A stretch of DNA of 50,752 nucleotides from Jimgerdemannia flammicorona (Eukaryota). The translations under genes and the position numbers were made by a program. The DNA lies in assembly GCA_003990765.1 (NCBI GenBank), contig RBNJ01000026.1:1-50752 (forward strand), read 5' to 3'. The notes under the pieces are model-generated. The model had not been told where the DNA came from, did not search any database, and worked only from the letters and a program-made list of their open reading frames with translations. Numbering within the stretch: the first letter of the stretch is position 1; each line of letters starts with the position of its first letter. Shown piece after piece: positions 1 through 12,936 of the stretch.

Positions 1-498
1 AAAAAAAAAAAAAAAAAAAAAAAAAAGAGATCAAAACTTCTATAGATCTAGTAATACAATAGCAGAAAATGTTTTAATAAATATTATAGAAGAAATAAAA
101 AGAAGAAATCTCTAGATTCACTCTCTCTATATAGATGCAGATGCAAAAGCTTTCAAAAAAGCTAAAGAAATTTAAGAAATTCTTTTTAATGATGAAACAA
201 TACTCAGTACTTATGATTTTACTTACAAAAAGAAAATTTATACTTGCTAAATATGGAAAAAACTTGACTTTAGCTAAGTTTGCTAAACTAATTATCAGAA
301 ATTATACTCAATGTATAATGGTGAAAATTCAATAGAAAGGAGACAAATCTAATCTACAGAGACTGCTAGAAAATCTAGAATATCATATCTTCTATGATAA
401 TTATAAGAACTGTACTAATAGATATCTTTATCAATTTAGAGATATTATTCTTATAACAATATCACTATTTTAAGCAATGGATAATTTATATAATATAT

Positions 499-1997
499 TG
501 TAACAGTGACTCCAGAATGATGACATCAGCACAGGAGATAGCCTTTCCTTGCAAGCCACCAGATTGAAGCACAAGAAGATCATATTGCATATGAGATGAG
601 TAATGATGACCAACTGTAAGTCATTGTGACTACAGTACAAGTATCCTGAAGAATATAAAAGAAGGATCAAGGAACTGCAGTAGCAGCAACCAACAAGAAC
701 CACCAATCTCAAAATAGCTCAAAGACTTACCACAAACAAAATGTCTGCTGTCTGCCAAACCTTAAGGTCAAGAAATCACCTAGATATCTCAGTCGAGAAA
801 AGGATATTCCAAGACATCAGAAGAGCTATGGGGACCCACTCAAGAAGGACTCCTAGTGTCAATCTGGGTACTGCAGACCCTTATCACTTTATTCTCTACT
901 ACCATAAGATGGAAACAAGGATCACCATTGCTACCAAATGCCTCCAAATATGGCAGGAGTATGAAATAGGAAACCTCCTCTGCCAGGAGTTTCCACAGGC
1001 CAGCACCCAAGAGCTACAAGATACCACTCTCATGGATATACATAAAACAAGGACAGCTAAGAAGATCCATCAAATCTTCAGATATACACCATGATTGATC
1101 CCCAACTTGGAGTATGTTAGAGTCTCAGACTTCAGAGACCTATCATCCCACCATATAAATGCACTAGAAGCCAGGGTGGCTACAGAAGCCCAGTCCACTA
1201 TCACTCTCAACAGTGAAGAAGTAGAAGACTTCTAGCATCCTATCCTCCAGGACAACCCAGACCAATTCCTGTAAGGATTGATCTCAGTATTCCAAGGTCT
1301 AAGCATTCAGGTTAGACCTCCCCAAGACCCCACATTTGTTCCCTATTTTGTGAAAGAGAACCTCATAGACTGGAGAGCTCCAGATCTTGTTCCCAATTTC
1401 CCTGCCGAACATGATGATGTCATCAGCGATGATGTCATCCCGCATGATATATGCAAAATGCGTGACCTACATGATAAGTTCGCGGATCTCATCTCCTTCA
1501 GTGATGATGATGATGAGGATGAAGCTTTCATGGTCCTGAACTTTCTGCTCTAAGTTCTCATATAATACTGGATAATGGCAGCACTGGTATTCTGAGATAA
1601 TGCGAAATTGTTCCAGCACTGGTATTTTGATGTAAAACTAAATAATGCCAGCATCCTGAACCTGTATAACTATCAGTGCCAGCCCTGGAACTTAGTAGTT
1701 TTAGTTATTGGAATTTATATTTAGCTTTATATCTTAGCAACCATTGAATTATATTTTGTATAAATATCCCTCTTATTTTCTCTAAAATAAAGTAAGTTCT
1801 TCTCAGTACAATATACCTACTTTCTTGCAAGCAATCTAAGAGATAACAAGACAGTTAAAGATAAGAAGTTTGAGGACTATAAGACCTTGGGAAGGCACTC
1901 CAATAAGAACTTGCTTATAACAACTTGAGTTAGTCTAAGAGATATACCTTGAAGAGAATCTGGTATATTTGAAGGACTCAGCGACCACTACATGACA
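499..1997 (+). mobile_element. Solo LTR of Gypsy family B (~1.5 kb)
   Basis: Starts TGTAACAGTGAC and ends CATGACA. Colinear with the LTRs at 18546-25973 (interrupted) and 31653-33224. Contains TATAAATA and AATAAA at ~1759-1790. No gag-pol adjacent. Confidence 0.88.
741..1553 (+). pseudogene. Decayed accessory ORF inside the U3 part of the family-B LTR (unknown protein)
   Basis: ORFs 741-1094 and 1278-1553 are in one frame. The three intervening stops are TGA (TAG in the other copies), TAG (TGG in the 18546 copy) and TAA (CAG in the 31653 copy). The same peptide is recognisable in all three LTR copies. Confidence 0.7.
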
Positions 1998-2495
1998 GTG
2001 TATATAAAAATAAAATATTAGGCCAGAAAGCAAAGACTCGTTTCGTTTATGACTACCATTATCAGAATAAACTTGTAAATAACAAGACCTTCTTTTTAAT
2101 TGAATCGATTGCCAGATTAAAAATAAACTGTGTAGCGACATTGCCAATAATACATTATGTTGCTAATGTCATCGAAATGAATATGCAATCTAGTATGTCA
2201 TAGTTCCGTTTTCTTCCATTATCACATAATACTGATATGCTACCTATACCCGAGTTGCTTGTCACTCTAATGCCAATCAGTGCATTACCGTTGATGAGCG
2301 ATAATACAATCCATCATTCTCTAAGTGACAATGAATTTTTGAGTAGGCTATCAATGTTGTTATCTTTACATTGATATCATATGTTCACGAAGAGGTAGCA
2401 GTGGCACAGCGCAGTATAACTGACTCAGCTCAATCTCTTACACTAATACATTATCAATACTTGATTACATACTGTACATTAAAATATATACATAT

Positions 2496-3468
2496 TGTAA
2501 CATACCCGGCTCAATGGAGGCAAATTACAAGGTTGGGGGTTGATGTAGTTTGGCTTAAGCCCCCAGTTACTTTGTAAAATGTTCTATAATTCCTGAGGTC
2601 CTTGGTGTTTAGTGGTATAATAGTCAAATCCTGAATCGGCGGGCTTCTGGGAAATAACTCAGATGGCGCGGATTCTTGGCAAGTTATGTCAAAGACTGAC
2701 TTCGTTTGCGCAGGGTTACATCGTAGACTGGCTCTACTGCGAAGTTGCATCAGATAGACTGGCTTGTGGTAAGATTCCTATAGGGCTCTCTGGGAATGGT
2801 GGATTCTTCTCTTGGCAAAGTTACGTCAAGACTGACTCTGTTTGCACAGAGTTATGTCAGATGGACTGACTCCACTGCGAAGTTGTGTCAGAAGACTGGC
2901 TTTGTAACAAGATGGCGGACTTTCTGGGAATTAACTTGGATTCTCTTCAGGCTTATCTGGCAAACAAACCAAAATGTAGCGGCTTATTCCTTAAGTGGTG
3001 GATTTCTCTTCAAAAGGCAGCAAAGTTCTTCACTCAAACTTTGGTGGCAAATCTTCAAGCTTTGTATCAGAAAGTGGACCAGAGTGGGGAAAAGAGAACC
3101 AATGCTCACAATCTTTAGTGGCTTCTTTGGTTTGTATTTCAACTTTTTGGACTGAGGTTTATTTACTCTTATCTCTGAGGTATTTTATACAGTTGTGGTT
3201 GCTACCTGGTTACTATGTGGCTAATTATAGATGACTATTTAGAGCAAGTGTTCCTGGACTGGTATGGTGTTCCTGGACTGGTATGGTATTCCTGGAGTTC
3301 CTAGACTGGTATGGTATACTGGTTCAGAAACAGGTAAATATACTGTTTTTTGTATTTCTAGCTAATTATATAGGTTGGCACAGTAAAGCAGTCTTGGTTG
3401 CCTAGTGCACTAGATATGGTATATAGCTAATTTAAAATTTCAGTAGTATAGTTCTACTGTCTATTACA
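2496..3468 (-). mobile_element. Solo LTR related to Gypsy family A, inverted
   Basis: 2496-2620 is the reverse complement of the 3' end of LTR A (AAAGTAACTGGGGGCT...CATTGAGC...TGTTACA), with further matches around 3020-3175. Flanked on both sides by ATAT (2492-2495, 3469-3472). Confidence 0.8.
3248..3320. repeat. Short tandem repeat (~19-bp unit TGTTCCTGGACTGGTATGG) inside the solo LTR
   Basis: About three imperfect copies visible directly. Confidence 0.8.
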
Positions 3469-3559
3469 ATATTAATTGTTCTATATACCTATATAAGAAG
3501 TGAACTATGAAATTAAGCTAGTTTCTAATGCAATACTATCTAAGAAATATATATATCAA

Positions 3560-3935
3560 ATATTACTCCTCAAAATTAAAACAATTAAGAGAACTACTTA
3601 TATAACAAGTTATATAGCCTAGTAGTTTCTTTAACTTTTCAGTTCTCTTTATTAAGAAGAAGGATAGTACTCTGCAAATATATATTGACTATTATATACT
3701 CAAAAAGTCTATAGTTAAGAACTGATACCTCTTACTACTGATTAATTAGATTTTAATATCTTAATAATATAAAGTATTTTATCAAGATTGATCTTATTTC
3801 TGAGTATTACTAAATTCAAATTAAGCCAGAAAATATTTCTAAGATAATTATTACAATTACTTTTAATCTTTACTAATTTCTATCCTATTTTTTAATCTTA
3901 TTAATATAATTATAATTTTTTAAACTCTTATAAAT
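3560..3935 (+). pseudogene. Highly degraded Gypsy reverse transcriptase fragment
   Basis: Translates to VLFIKKKDSTLQIYIDY (cf. PVLFVKKKDGTLRMCIDY) and FIKIDLISEY..IQIKPENI.K (cf. FSKIDLxSGYxQIxIxPEDIxK). Confidence 0.65.
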
Positions 3936-4272
3936 TATTGAAATTTTCATTATTATATATCTCAATTATATATAGCTTATACATATATAACTATGTCATT
4001 ATCATTGAGCTATATTACTCAATATATATAAAATATGAGTAATCAATAAACAATGCTGCTGCTCTACTCCTACTCTATATTTCTAACCAAGGATATAATA
4101 AGAGTTATAAGTGATATTTTATTATATTTATCAATAATTATATATATAAGATATATATATTTCTTATCAATAAAAAGTAAAGCTTTAGATAAATTCAAAG
4201 AGTTCTAAGTAATTACAGAGAATGAAACAGAATATATAATATATGCTATATACTTAGATAATTAATATATAT

Positions 4273-5402
4273 TATAATAAACCAAGATGTGCTGCCCAAA
4301 TTATATCTTAGCTAGATGACATGAACACATGGTATAGTAACCAGTAACCATTGCTGTAGAAACTATATAAATAGCCAGACTACCAGATAAGATATATCTG
4401 TATAGGACCTGTATACCTGTACAGGACCTGTACACCTATACAGAACCTGCACAATCTGCTATAAGTAGCAAATCTATAGGTAGCAACATAGCAACCAGAT
4501 AGCAACCAACTTGAATAAATTACTCCAGAGACAAGAGTGAATAAACCTCAGTCCAAAAGTTGAATACAAACCAAAGTAAAAGTCGATTGTCTGATACACT
4601 TAGGAGAAATGCCTAACAAAAGTCACTTGATCCAGGAAGGATTGCAACACTTAGGAGATACACCTGCCAACAAGCCACTACTAAGAAGTTGTGAGCTTGG
4701 TTATCTTCTCTTCCACTCCAGTCCACTTTCTGATACAAAGCTGATTTTGCTACCCAAGTTCAAGGAAGAACTTTGCTACCATTTTCCAATTGAAGCCATC
4801 GATTCAGGAAGAATCTGTGCCATCCAAGTTAATTCTTAGTTAAGCTACCATTTTCAAGAAGTTTGCTAATTCAGAAAGAATTTGCATCATCTGCCATTTC
4901 CAAGTTATCTGCTACCAAAATCATTTTGTTACTCCCAGTGAGCTCGAGTTATTAGGATATCCACTACTAGTATTATTTCAGTAATAAGAACCCATGCCAT
5001 ACAATTCCCAGTAAGCCAAATCGAGTTATCTGCCAAATTATCAGAATGTCCCACATAAGGAATCTGCTCATGCTACACAGGATCATCATGCAGATATTGT
5101 TATGCTACACAGAGATCGTCATACAGAGATTGTATACTTTTGGAGATCATCATACTATATATGAAATTCTACCAATTCTCAGTTAACCCAAGAAGGAAAC
5201 CCATTCACATACATACAAATCGCTGCTATACCCAAGAACTCATCCCAAAAAGGAAACTGCTCACACAGTATCCAGATCTTGACTATTGTATCCTAAATAC
5301 CAAGAATATTTTCTTACTTTTTAACAAAGTAACTGGGGGCTCAAGCCAAACTACATCAACCTCCAATCTTATAATTTGCCTCTATTGAGCTGGCATGTTA
5401 CA
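4273..5402 (+). repeat. 5' LTR of Gypsy A
   Basis: Colinear with 12937-14090. Ends TGTTACA; start mutated to TATAATA (TGTGACA in the 3' copy). Confidence 0.92.
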
Positions 5403-5404
5403 TT

Positions 5405-5421
5405 TGGGGACTCAACTGAGA
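5405..5421 (+). promoter_or_regulatory. Primer binding site, probably tRNA-Pro type
   Basis: TGGGGACTCAACTGAGA lies 2 nt after the LTR. It differs from a TGGGGGCTCG.CCGGGA tRNA-Pro-type PBS mostly by G->A/C->T transitions. Confidence 0.6.
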
Positions 5422-5948
5422 AGATTTTATAATTGATATGACTTTTCAGCTCACAAGAACCCACAGTCAAGCTGGATACATTTGATACAATACCAACCTC
5501 TATCACTACAGGAGAACTAGTTATCACCAGCATCTAGACAGGAAGAGAAGTAATTACATCAAGACTTGCCAATTACCCAGCATCAGAAGGTTCCCAACCA
5601 GAAGCCAGTACAGTCCAAAACCCCCAATTAAATCAACCAGATAATACAGACAGCCCTGCTAGAAATTTTGAGGAACTTGCACAAGAACTAGAAGATCTTA
5701 TCATATGAACCCGAGACTTTACTGCCAGATGCCCCATACCAGTCTCACTAATCTCACCAATAGAATCTTTACCACAACCCCTTGCAGAATTGGAAGCAGC
5801 TCCTATAAGAATACCTAGGCTTATTCTACTTCATCCAAGGTCCAGAACACCATCCTCAAGATACCCAAGCACCCACATCTCCAGTGACAGTTCAGAAAGT
5901 AAATCAGAATCTGAATCTGAACCCAAACCAGAATCAGAAAAAGTGACA

Positions 5949-7020
5949 ATGAAATGGCCACCTTATTGCCAACCTTTGCAGGATACCCAGAGGAAGACCC
6001 CAGAGAATTCCTTGATGTAATTAAAGGAATCGCAGCCTTGAGGAATCTCTCAGATGAAAGAAAAATCACCATCTACAAGGCTCAGCTCAGGGAACCAGCC
6101 TGAGGAATTTTCCACCGAACAGCAAACAACCCAGATTCAGAACTGGCAAGACAGCTATAAGCAGCAATGTCTTATGAGCTAGAATATGAGACCACGGTCC
6201 ACTGGCTCATCAAAAAATATGCAGGAAATGAAACCCGCCACAAGGCTCAAGAATCCATCATGGGGATGAAGATGAATCTTGGAGAATCACCCAGAGCCTT
6301 CTTCACAAGAATCCAGAAGAGAATGCATGCTGCTAGTTTCAATGCCACCAACCAGGACATCACAGGTCCAATGATCTTTATGAATGGAATTCCCCCAAAC
6401 ATTCCCCAGCATGTCTGCACCCTAGATATCAGAAGGTCTGAAGAGCAAGTAGATGTAGCCCAAGGATTCTTTGATGTCAGACAAGAAACTACCTGGAGTG
6501 ATCATGATAGGAAAGAAGAGAAAGAAGACATCCTGGTCAAAGCCCTACAAGGACTCCTTCAAGGACAAGAAAGATCTGAAGAAAGAAGGCTAGCCAAAGA
6601 AGGAAAGAAGGACAGAAGTGAAATCTAAGACCTCAGCTTCAAGTTGGACTGATTGGTTGGATAGATTGAAAAACTCACTATACACGAAAACCAAAGCTAC
6701 CAAGACAATAGAGAATACTCACCACAGAGGAGCCAAGGCTATCCACCTAGAGATAACAGGAGTTATCAGCAAGAAGAGAGAAGATACCCTGTCCAAGACA
6801 GAGCTCAAGTTCAATGCTTCTACTGTGGACAATTTGGACACTATGCCACTGAATGTGACAACAAAAGAAGTGATTGAAGGGACTCAGAACTACCAAACTG
6901 AAGGAATGACACTCAGTACAAGAAGACTGAAGCCCATCCTGTGGAATATTTTGAGGAAGCAAGCAACAGTGAAGACTATAGTAACCTAGACTTGTACCCT
7001 ACCAAGGTCACCTCTTGAAA
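5949..7020 (+). pseudogene. gag: gag of Gypsy A (capsid-like region plus CCHC zinc knuckle)
   Basis: PTFAGYPEEDPREFL motif, ORF 6167-6628, and QCFYCGQFGHYATEC at ~6810-6856. Stops and frameshifts present. Confidence 0.8.
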
Positions 7021-7459
7021 AACAGTTTACCCAGCAGAGAAAAGGAAGAGACCTGTGGGAAGGCCATCCAGAAATATCAGCAGAAGAATCATTTAAGAAG
7101 AAGACAAAGAACATGAAGAGGAACAGGTAGAAACACCTCCTTGAACTCCCTCACCTTTTGTTCCTAAGACAAATGAGTTACCACCAGAGGATGAAGAAAT
7201 GGAACAAGAAGAACAGGAACCTGTTGCCCCAAAGCCCAAGAAAAAGTACACCCCAAAGGTCATGCCTAGAGACATCTACAATGAAGCCTGGCAGAAGATC
7301 CAAGAGGCCAAGATGGAAGTTCTCCTCCTGCAGTTCTTGCAATTGCCACCAGCTGGAGTCTGAAACAAATTACTGAGAACCACCAGGTCTAGCACTGGCC
7401 AAATCCCAATCCCACAGCAAGAACCAGTTCCCATCTCTGTTCAAGCAGCTGAAAGACAT

Positions 7460-10400
7460 GTCAGCACCTACCTATATGGAGATATTGGAGGACAAAAAGT
7501 GAAGATCCTCATAGACACAGGAGCAGCTGTCTGTGTCATTGCCAAATGATTTCTAGACACCCTCCAATGGCCCATTGATGGACCATCCAACCTCAGCATC
7601 ATAGTAGCAGATGGAGCCCGAACTCAACCCCTTGGAGAAGTACAAAATATTACCATCTCCCTTGGACACATTCAGTTCTCCATCTCCAAAGCTATTGTTA
7701 CCAAAGCTATCACCTATGACATGATTCTTAGCACCAACTGGATGAAGGAAATAAATGCAGTTGTTGATATTGGCCAACAAGTACTCAAGTTTGACTACTG
7801 AGGCAAGAAGTACAGAGTTAAGGTGACAAGCTATGAGCAATCGAAGAAGAAAAAGGTCACTATTCAGAAAGAATATGCCAGCAGTGAGGAGTCTACTACA
7901 GAAGAGGAAGAAGAATCTGAAGATGGAAATGATCCCAGACTTAATCCCTGAATTAATCTGGTGAATGACAGACCAGAAGACAATGTGTGGCCTAAAAACA
8001 TCATCCCCATCACCATTGGAGCCATTGCAGGAGAAGCCAAAGGATGCCCTACCTGCCTCAAGAGACACAAGTGTCCTGAGCACTCCTCCAAGATTATGGA
8101 AACAAGGAAATCACCTGACACAGCCTGCCCAGAATGCAGAAGGAAGAAGAAGAAATACAGATATATTCCAGAAACACCTGCAACTGAAGCTGCAGAAGTA
8201 CAAGCAATTTGGAGTCAAGAATCATCCAAGGAAGAAGAAACTTCTGATCAAGAAGTCCCCGAACTCATTCCTTGGGATGATCCTAGATAGACACCACCTG
8301 AAGATGATGACCCTTGGAATACAGAAGAAGGACCCAGTATAATTACCATTATCCCCAAGAAAGAAACTCACCAAGAAAGGCTTTTTAGCTAGGAAGATGT
8401 CCACACCAAATGGTCTTCCACTCTCCCCAAGACTACTGCTATCAGTGCCATTTACTAGACCAACAGGAAAGACAGAGACCCCAGAGACCAGAACTCCCAA
8501 ATATACTTGTACAGTCAACTACTTTCCAAGAAATTACCACCAAGCTGCAAAGCCAATTCAGGGGACAAGACTTCTTCACCTGAATAGAAATATATCTCTT
8601 ATCTACTCTTCCACCCACCTATGATCAAGATGGGTACCATTTCCCAAGACAACAAGAAATCAATAACTGGGAACATTATTTCCAAGCAATGAGATATTAT
8701 AACCATGAAAGACACCCAGACTGCTGAGACTGCAGACATCAGAAGATTCATCTCAGTCATGATGTTGTAGTCTATACCTTGAAGAGAGGAGATAACCAAA
8801 GTTAGATCTGAAAAAGCCAGATCTGAAAAAGCCAGACCAAAAAGCCAAAAAGAAGGACCCTCAAGATCTATAATTTAGATGAAGACATCCTAGCTCTCAT
8901 CAGATATGCAATCCACCAAGGATGGGTAGAAGATGTCATCAACTTTATGGAAGCCCTTGACCCTACAGGAAGAAGGGGAATCAACTATCTCCAAGATCCT
9001 TCTACTGGAGCCAGATGGCCTCACCTCAACCTTAGAGCTTGGAGGCTCTCTGCTAGTAGAGCCTTAGCCTTAGGAAAGCCTGAACTCAGCAAGGATATCA
9101 CCCAGTATGCCCTGCTCCACCCCAAGGCCAAACCCCTGACCAAAGCCCACCCAGAGGATGTAGGATATGATCTTCACAGTCTGGAGGATGAATCTATCAA
9201 GCCTGGAAAAACCTTCATGATCAGAACCTGATTAGCCATGTAGCTACCCCAAGGAGCTTACATCCAACTGACCTCAAGGTCTGGACTTGCCAGACAAGGA
9301 ATAACTATGGAAGGAGGAACTATTGATCCAAGATATATAGGTGAAATCAAGGTCATCCTATACAACAGCAGTGCAGAATGTCATGAAATCATTAGAGGAC
9401 AGAAGATTGCCCAAACAGTCTTCATGAAAGTCAAGACCCCACAGTTACAAGAAGTCTCTGAACTAACTGAAGGAATAAGACAAGCCAAGGGATTTGGAAG
9501 TTCAGATAGGAAGGAAGTACACCTCCTTCAAGTCAACCACCTCAAGAGGAACATTCCCCAGCAAGTGTACTGGCAACCAGTCAGACTGTACAAGAATCTT
9601 ATCCTGGAGCCCAGAGAACAAACAACCTTCGAAATCTTTGCACCACCCGACCCCAGAAACCTTTTCTTTGAACCCAAGAAAGATATTCCCCATCTGGATA
9701 TTCCCTGACAAGATGAACCCAGTACACTCCCAAGCAACCAACCAAAGTTGGGAGACCATCATCTTGCCAAAAGGAACCATCATAGGACATCTGGTGCCTT
9801 TTCTCAACCGAACTCATAGAGAAGTTTATGAACTAAACCTATTGGGAAACAGCAAAAGGTCCCAGAAGAAAGGAAAGGCCCCTCTGCAATCCAGGAGACA
9901 ATGAAGCCTTCCACCAACATTGGAGAAGAATTGACACCTCAACAATAACAACAACTAGTAGAACTTCTCAACAAATATCAAGATATCTTCACCACTGATT
10001 ATGGCAATCTGCCATACAATCCATCATATCACCACAGCATAAATACAAGAAATACAACACCCATCCAGCAGAAACCCTATAGAATACCCCATCACTTGAA
10101 AACATTCGAAAAGGAGCACATCCAAGAACTCTTAGACAATAGAGTCATCTGACCCTCTACTAGCCCTTGGGCTAGCCCTATACTTATTATACCAAAGAAA
10201 GAAAGATGGAGACTTTGTGTGGATTACAGGAAACTCAATTCAGTTACTGAGAAAGATGCTTATCCTTTGTCCAGAATTGATGACCTTTTGGACCAGTTAC
10301 AAGATGCTAGATACTTCAGCAGTATGGACCTCTTCACAGGATTCCATGAAATCCCCATGGACCCCAAAGACATTCAAAAGACAGCCTTCCTTGCCCTAGG

Positions 10401-12375
10401 AAAACTGTTTGAATATATCTGAATGCCATTTGGACTTTGCAATGTACCCCCCCCCTTCCAGAGGATGATGAATTCAGTCTATGCTCTTCTGATCCACTAC
10501 TGTCTGATTGTATATATGGATGATTCCAATATCTATTCAGTGAATTTCAAAGAACACCTGCACCACCTAGAGGAATTCTTCAAGCTCACCTATAAGAATC
10601 ACTTGAGATTGAATGCAAAGAAATGCTACTTTGGGAAACAGAAGCTTGAATTCCTGGGATTCATAGTTTCAAAAGAAGGAACTTATACAGACTCAAAGAA
10701 AACTGAGAAGATCAACAATTGGTCAGTACCCAAGACCCCAAAGGAAACACTATCATTTCTGATGCTAGTATTCTACTACAGAAGATTTATCAAGAATTTT
10801 GCCCAAATTTCTGCCCCAATCTGAATCCTTCTCAAGAAAGGAGTACTATTCAAATGGACAGAATCATAAGAAAAAGCCTTTAAAAAACTCAAGAACAACA
10901 TGACTACAGCACTAATCCTTATACACCCCAATCTATAGAAGCCATTCATCTTATATACAGATGCTTCCAAAGGTGGCCTAGGAGCAGTTCTAGCCCAAAA
11001 AGGACCCAACCAACAGCACCATGTGATAGCTTATACAAGCAGAGCTACCAATCAGCAGCAGATGAACTATAGTAGCACCAAACTGAAATACCTTGCAGTC
11101 ATATGAGCGGTCACCCTGTTCAAGCATTATCTCATTGGAAAAAGGTTCACTCTGATCACAGACCATACAGCTCTCAAATAGTTATTCAACTATAAGGAAC
11201 CAATCAGAATTCTAGCCCAATGGATTCTTATTCTTCAGGATTACAAAATCACTATCATCTACAAAGCAGGGAAAGCCCACAACAATGTTTGATATACTTT
11301 CCCACCAACCCTAATGAATCAGAAGAAGGGTGTCCTGAGGAACTATACCCTAAAGAAAGCTCCTCAGACCATCAAGGTACAAGAAGATCTTATCTGAAAA
11401 CAATATCAGAAAGCCCATCAAGGACAGGTGAATGTAGAAGAGAAGCTACAAACAACATACTAACATTGGCCCAACCTTAGAATACAAGTCTGGGATATAT
11501 GTACTCAAGAAATGTGACACCTGCCAGAAGTACCAAGGAAGGAAGAACTATCAAGCACCATTACAACCAATTGCACCACCAGATAACATCTTTCAGAGAT
11601 GGGGAATAGATGTAATTGGACCTCTACCTGTTATATCAAGAAGAAACAAATATATCCTTGTATTTGTAGAACATCTGACCAAGTGGCCTGAGGCTTTCCC
11701 AATGGAAATCATAGATGCCCTAACCATTGTAGGCCTTCTCCATGGACTCACACTCAGATATGGACCCCTAGAAGAACTCATCTCTGACCGAGGCACAGAA
11801 TTTATCAATAATATAATCATAAGTTATGCTCGAATTCACAAGATACATCTCAAATGGACTACATCATACTACTCCCAGACCAATGGCATGACAGAAAGGA
11901 TGAACTAGACCATCAAGAAAGAACTTGCCCAAGTCAATTATACTAATTGGGACCTCTGCTTATCTGAGATCCTATGGGAAATTCAGAACACCCCTGCTGC
12001 CTCAACTAAACAAAAGCCATTTGAAATAATATTTGCTAAGAAAACAAGAACTACTGACCATGAGAACCTTGGAGATCTTCTCAAGAAGGCAGAACAGTTA
12101 CATAATCAGGCCCGAGATCAGATTATCAAAGTCTAAGAAAGATAAAAGAAGTACTACAACCAAAGATAAAAGGATCAGGAGATCAATATTGGAGATCAAG
12201 TAGTAGTTTGGAGAAGCATGATTGAAACAAATTTTGCCACCAAACTGGAACCCAAATGGGAAGGACCTTATCTTATACATAACATCAGAGAAACCAGCAT
12301 CTATTTAAGAAGCATGGATGGATGAACCCTCAGAACACCAGTATACATCAATTGCCTCAAGATATACCTTTCCCC
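7460..12375 (+). pseudogene. pol: pol of Gypsy A: aspartic protease, Cys-rich insert, dUTPase, RT, RNase H, integrase
   Basis: ILIDTGAAVCVI (~7505), CVDYRKLN/DAYPL, YMDD (~10513), LYTDAS.GGLGAVLAQ, ITDHTAL, WGIDVIGPLP, LISDRGTEF, QTNGMTERMN, W.GPY. Numerous premature stops. Confidence 0.92.
9110..9510 (+). pseudogene. dut: dUTPase domain in Gypsy A pol
   Basis: Motifs VGYDL, SRSGLA, GGTIDPRYIGEI, KIAQ and RQAKGFGSS, i.e. the five trimeric dUTPase motifs in order. Confidence 0.9.
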
Positions 12376-12379
12376 ATAT

Positions 12380-12890
12380 CATGAATCAGAGAGTTGACAA
12401 CTGCCTTCAAACTCTTGTTCTTAGCTCATTTCAATCACTGCCAGTTCCCCTACCCCAATTCCAAGAAGTCAATGGGAATACTCTCCAAAAGATCCAGATT
12501 CACCAAGAGAATCTTTTCCTGGCCAGATGGTTGCTACAGGTCCACCAACTCCAGGCCCATTATGCTATTGGAGAACAATTGCAGAACCTCTCAGTCCTGG
12601 AACAAACATACATCAGAAACACTACAGGACTATCAAGAAGAAATGCCACTGCTGCAGACAGGCTGTACACCCTTTATAAGCGAAACCCTATAGCTCTGAA
12701 ACAAGCATAATTTTCCTAGTATGATACACAAGGAATGAACCTAGCCACCTATCTGAGCATCATCTATGCTGTTGAAATCCTATTCCCAGAGGAAGAAGAA
12801 GAACCCTTGGAATGGAGCAACCATGGTACAGATGATGAAGATGATGAAACTGATATTGATGCAGAAGATGCTTATCCACACTGAGATGAT
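12380..12890 (+). pseudogene. Accessory ORF between pol and the 3' LTR of Gypsy A (unknown protein)
   Basis: MNQRVDNCLQ...HYAIGEQL...TAADRLYTLYKRNP (ORF 12318-12710), followed by an acidic tail. Not env-like (no signal or TM segment seen). Confidence 0.6.
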
Positions 12891-12936
12891 GACTAAAGGA
12901 CAGTCTGAGGACAGACCATCCTTTAGTGGGGACTGA

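Noticed and set aside
2663-3234. Overlapping plus-strand ORFs in the inverted solo LTR (and 4609-4839 / 13316-13546 in LTR A)
   Set aside because: Indels between the related LTRs do not appear to preserve frame and no motifs are recognisable; treated as non-coding LTR sequence.
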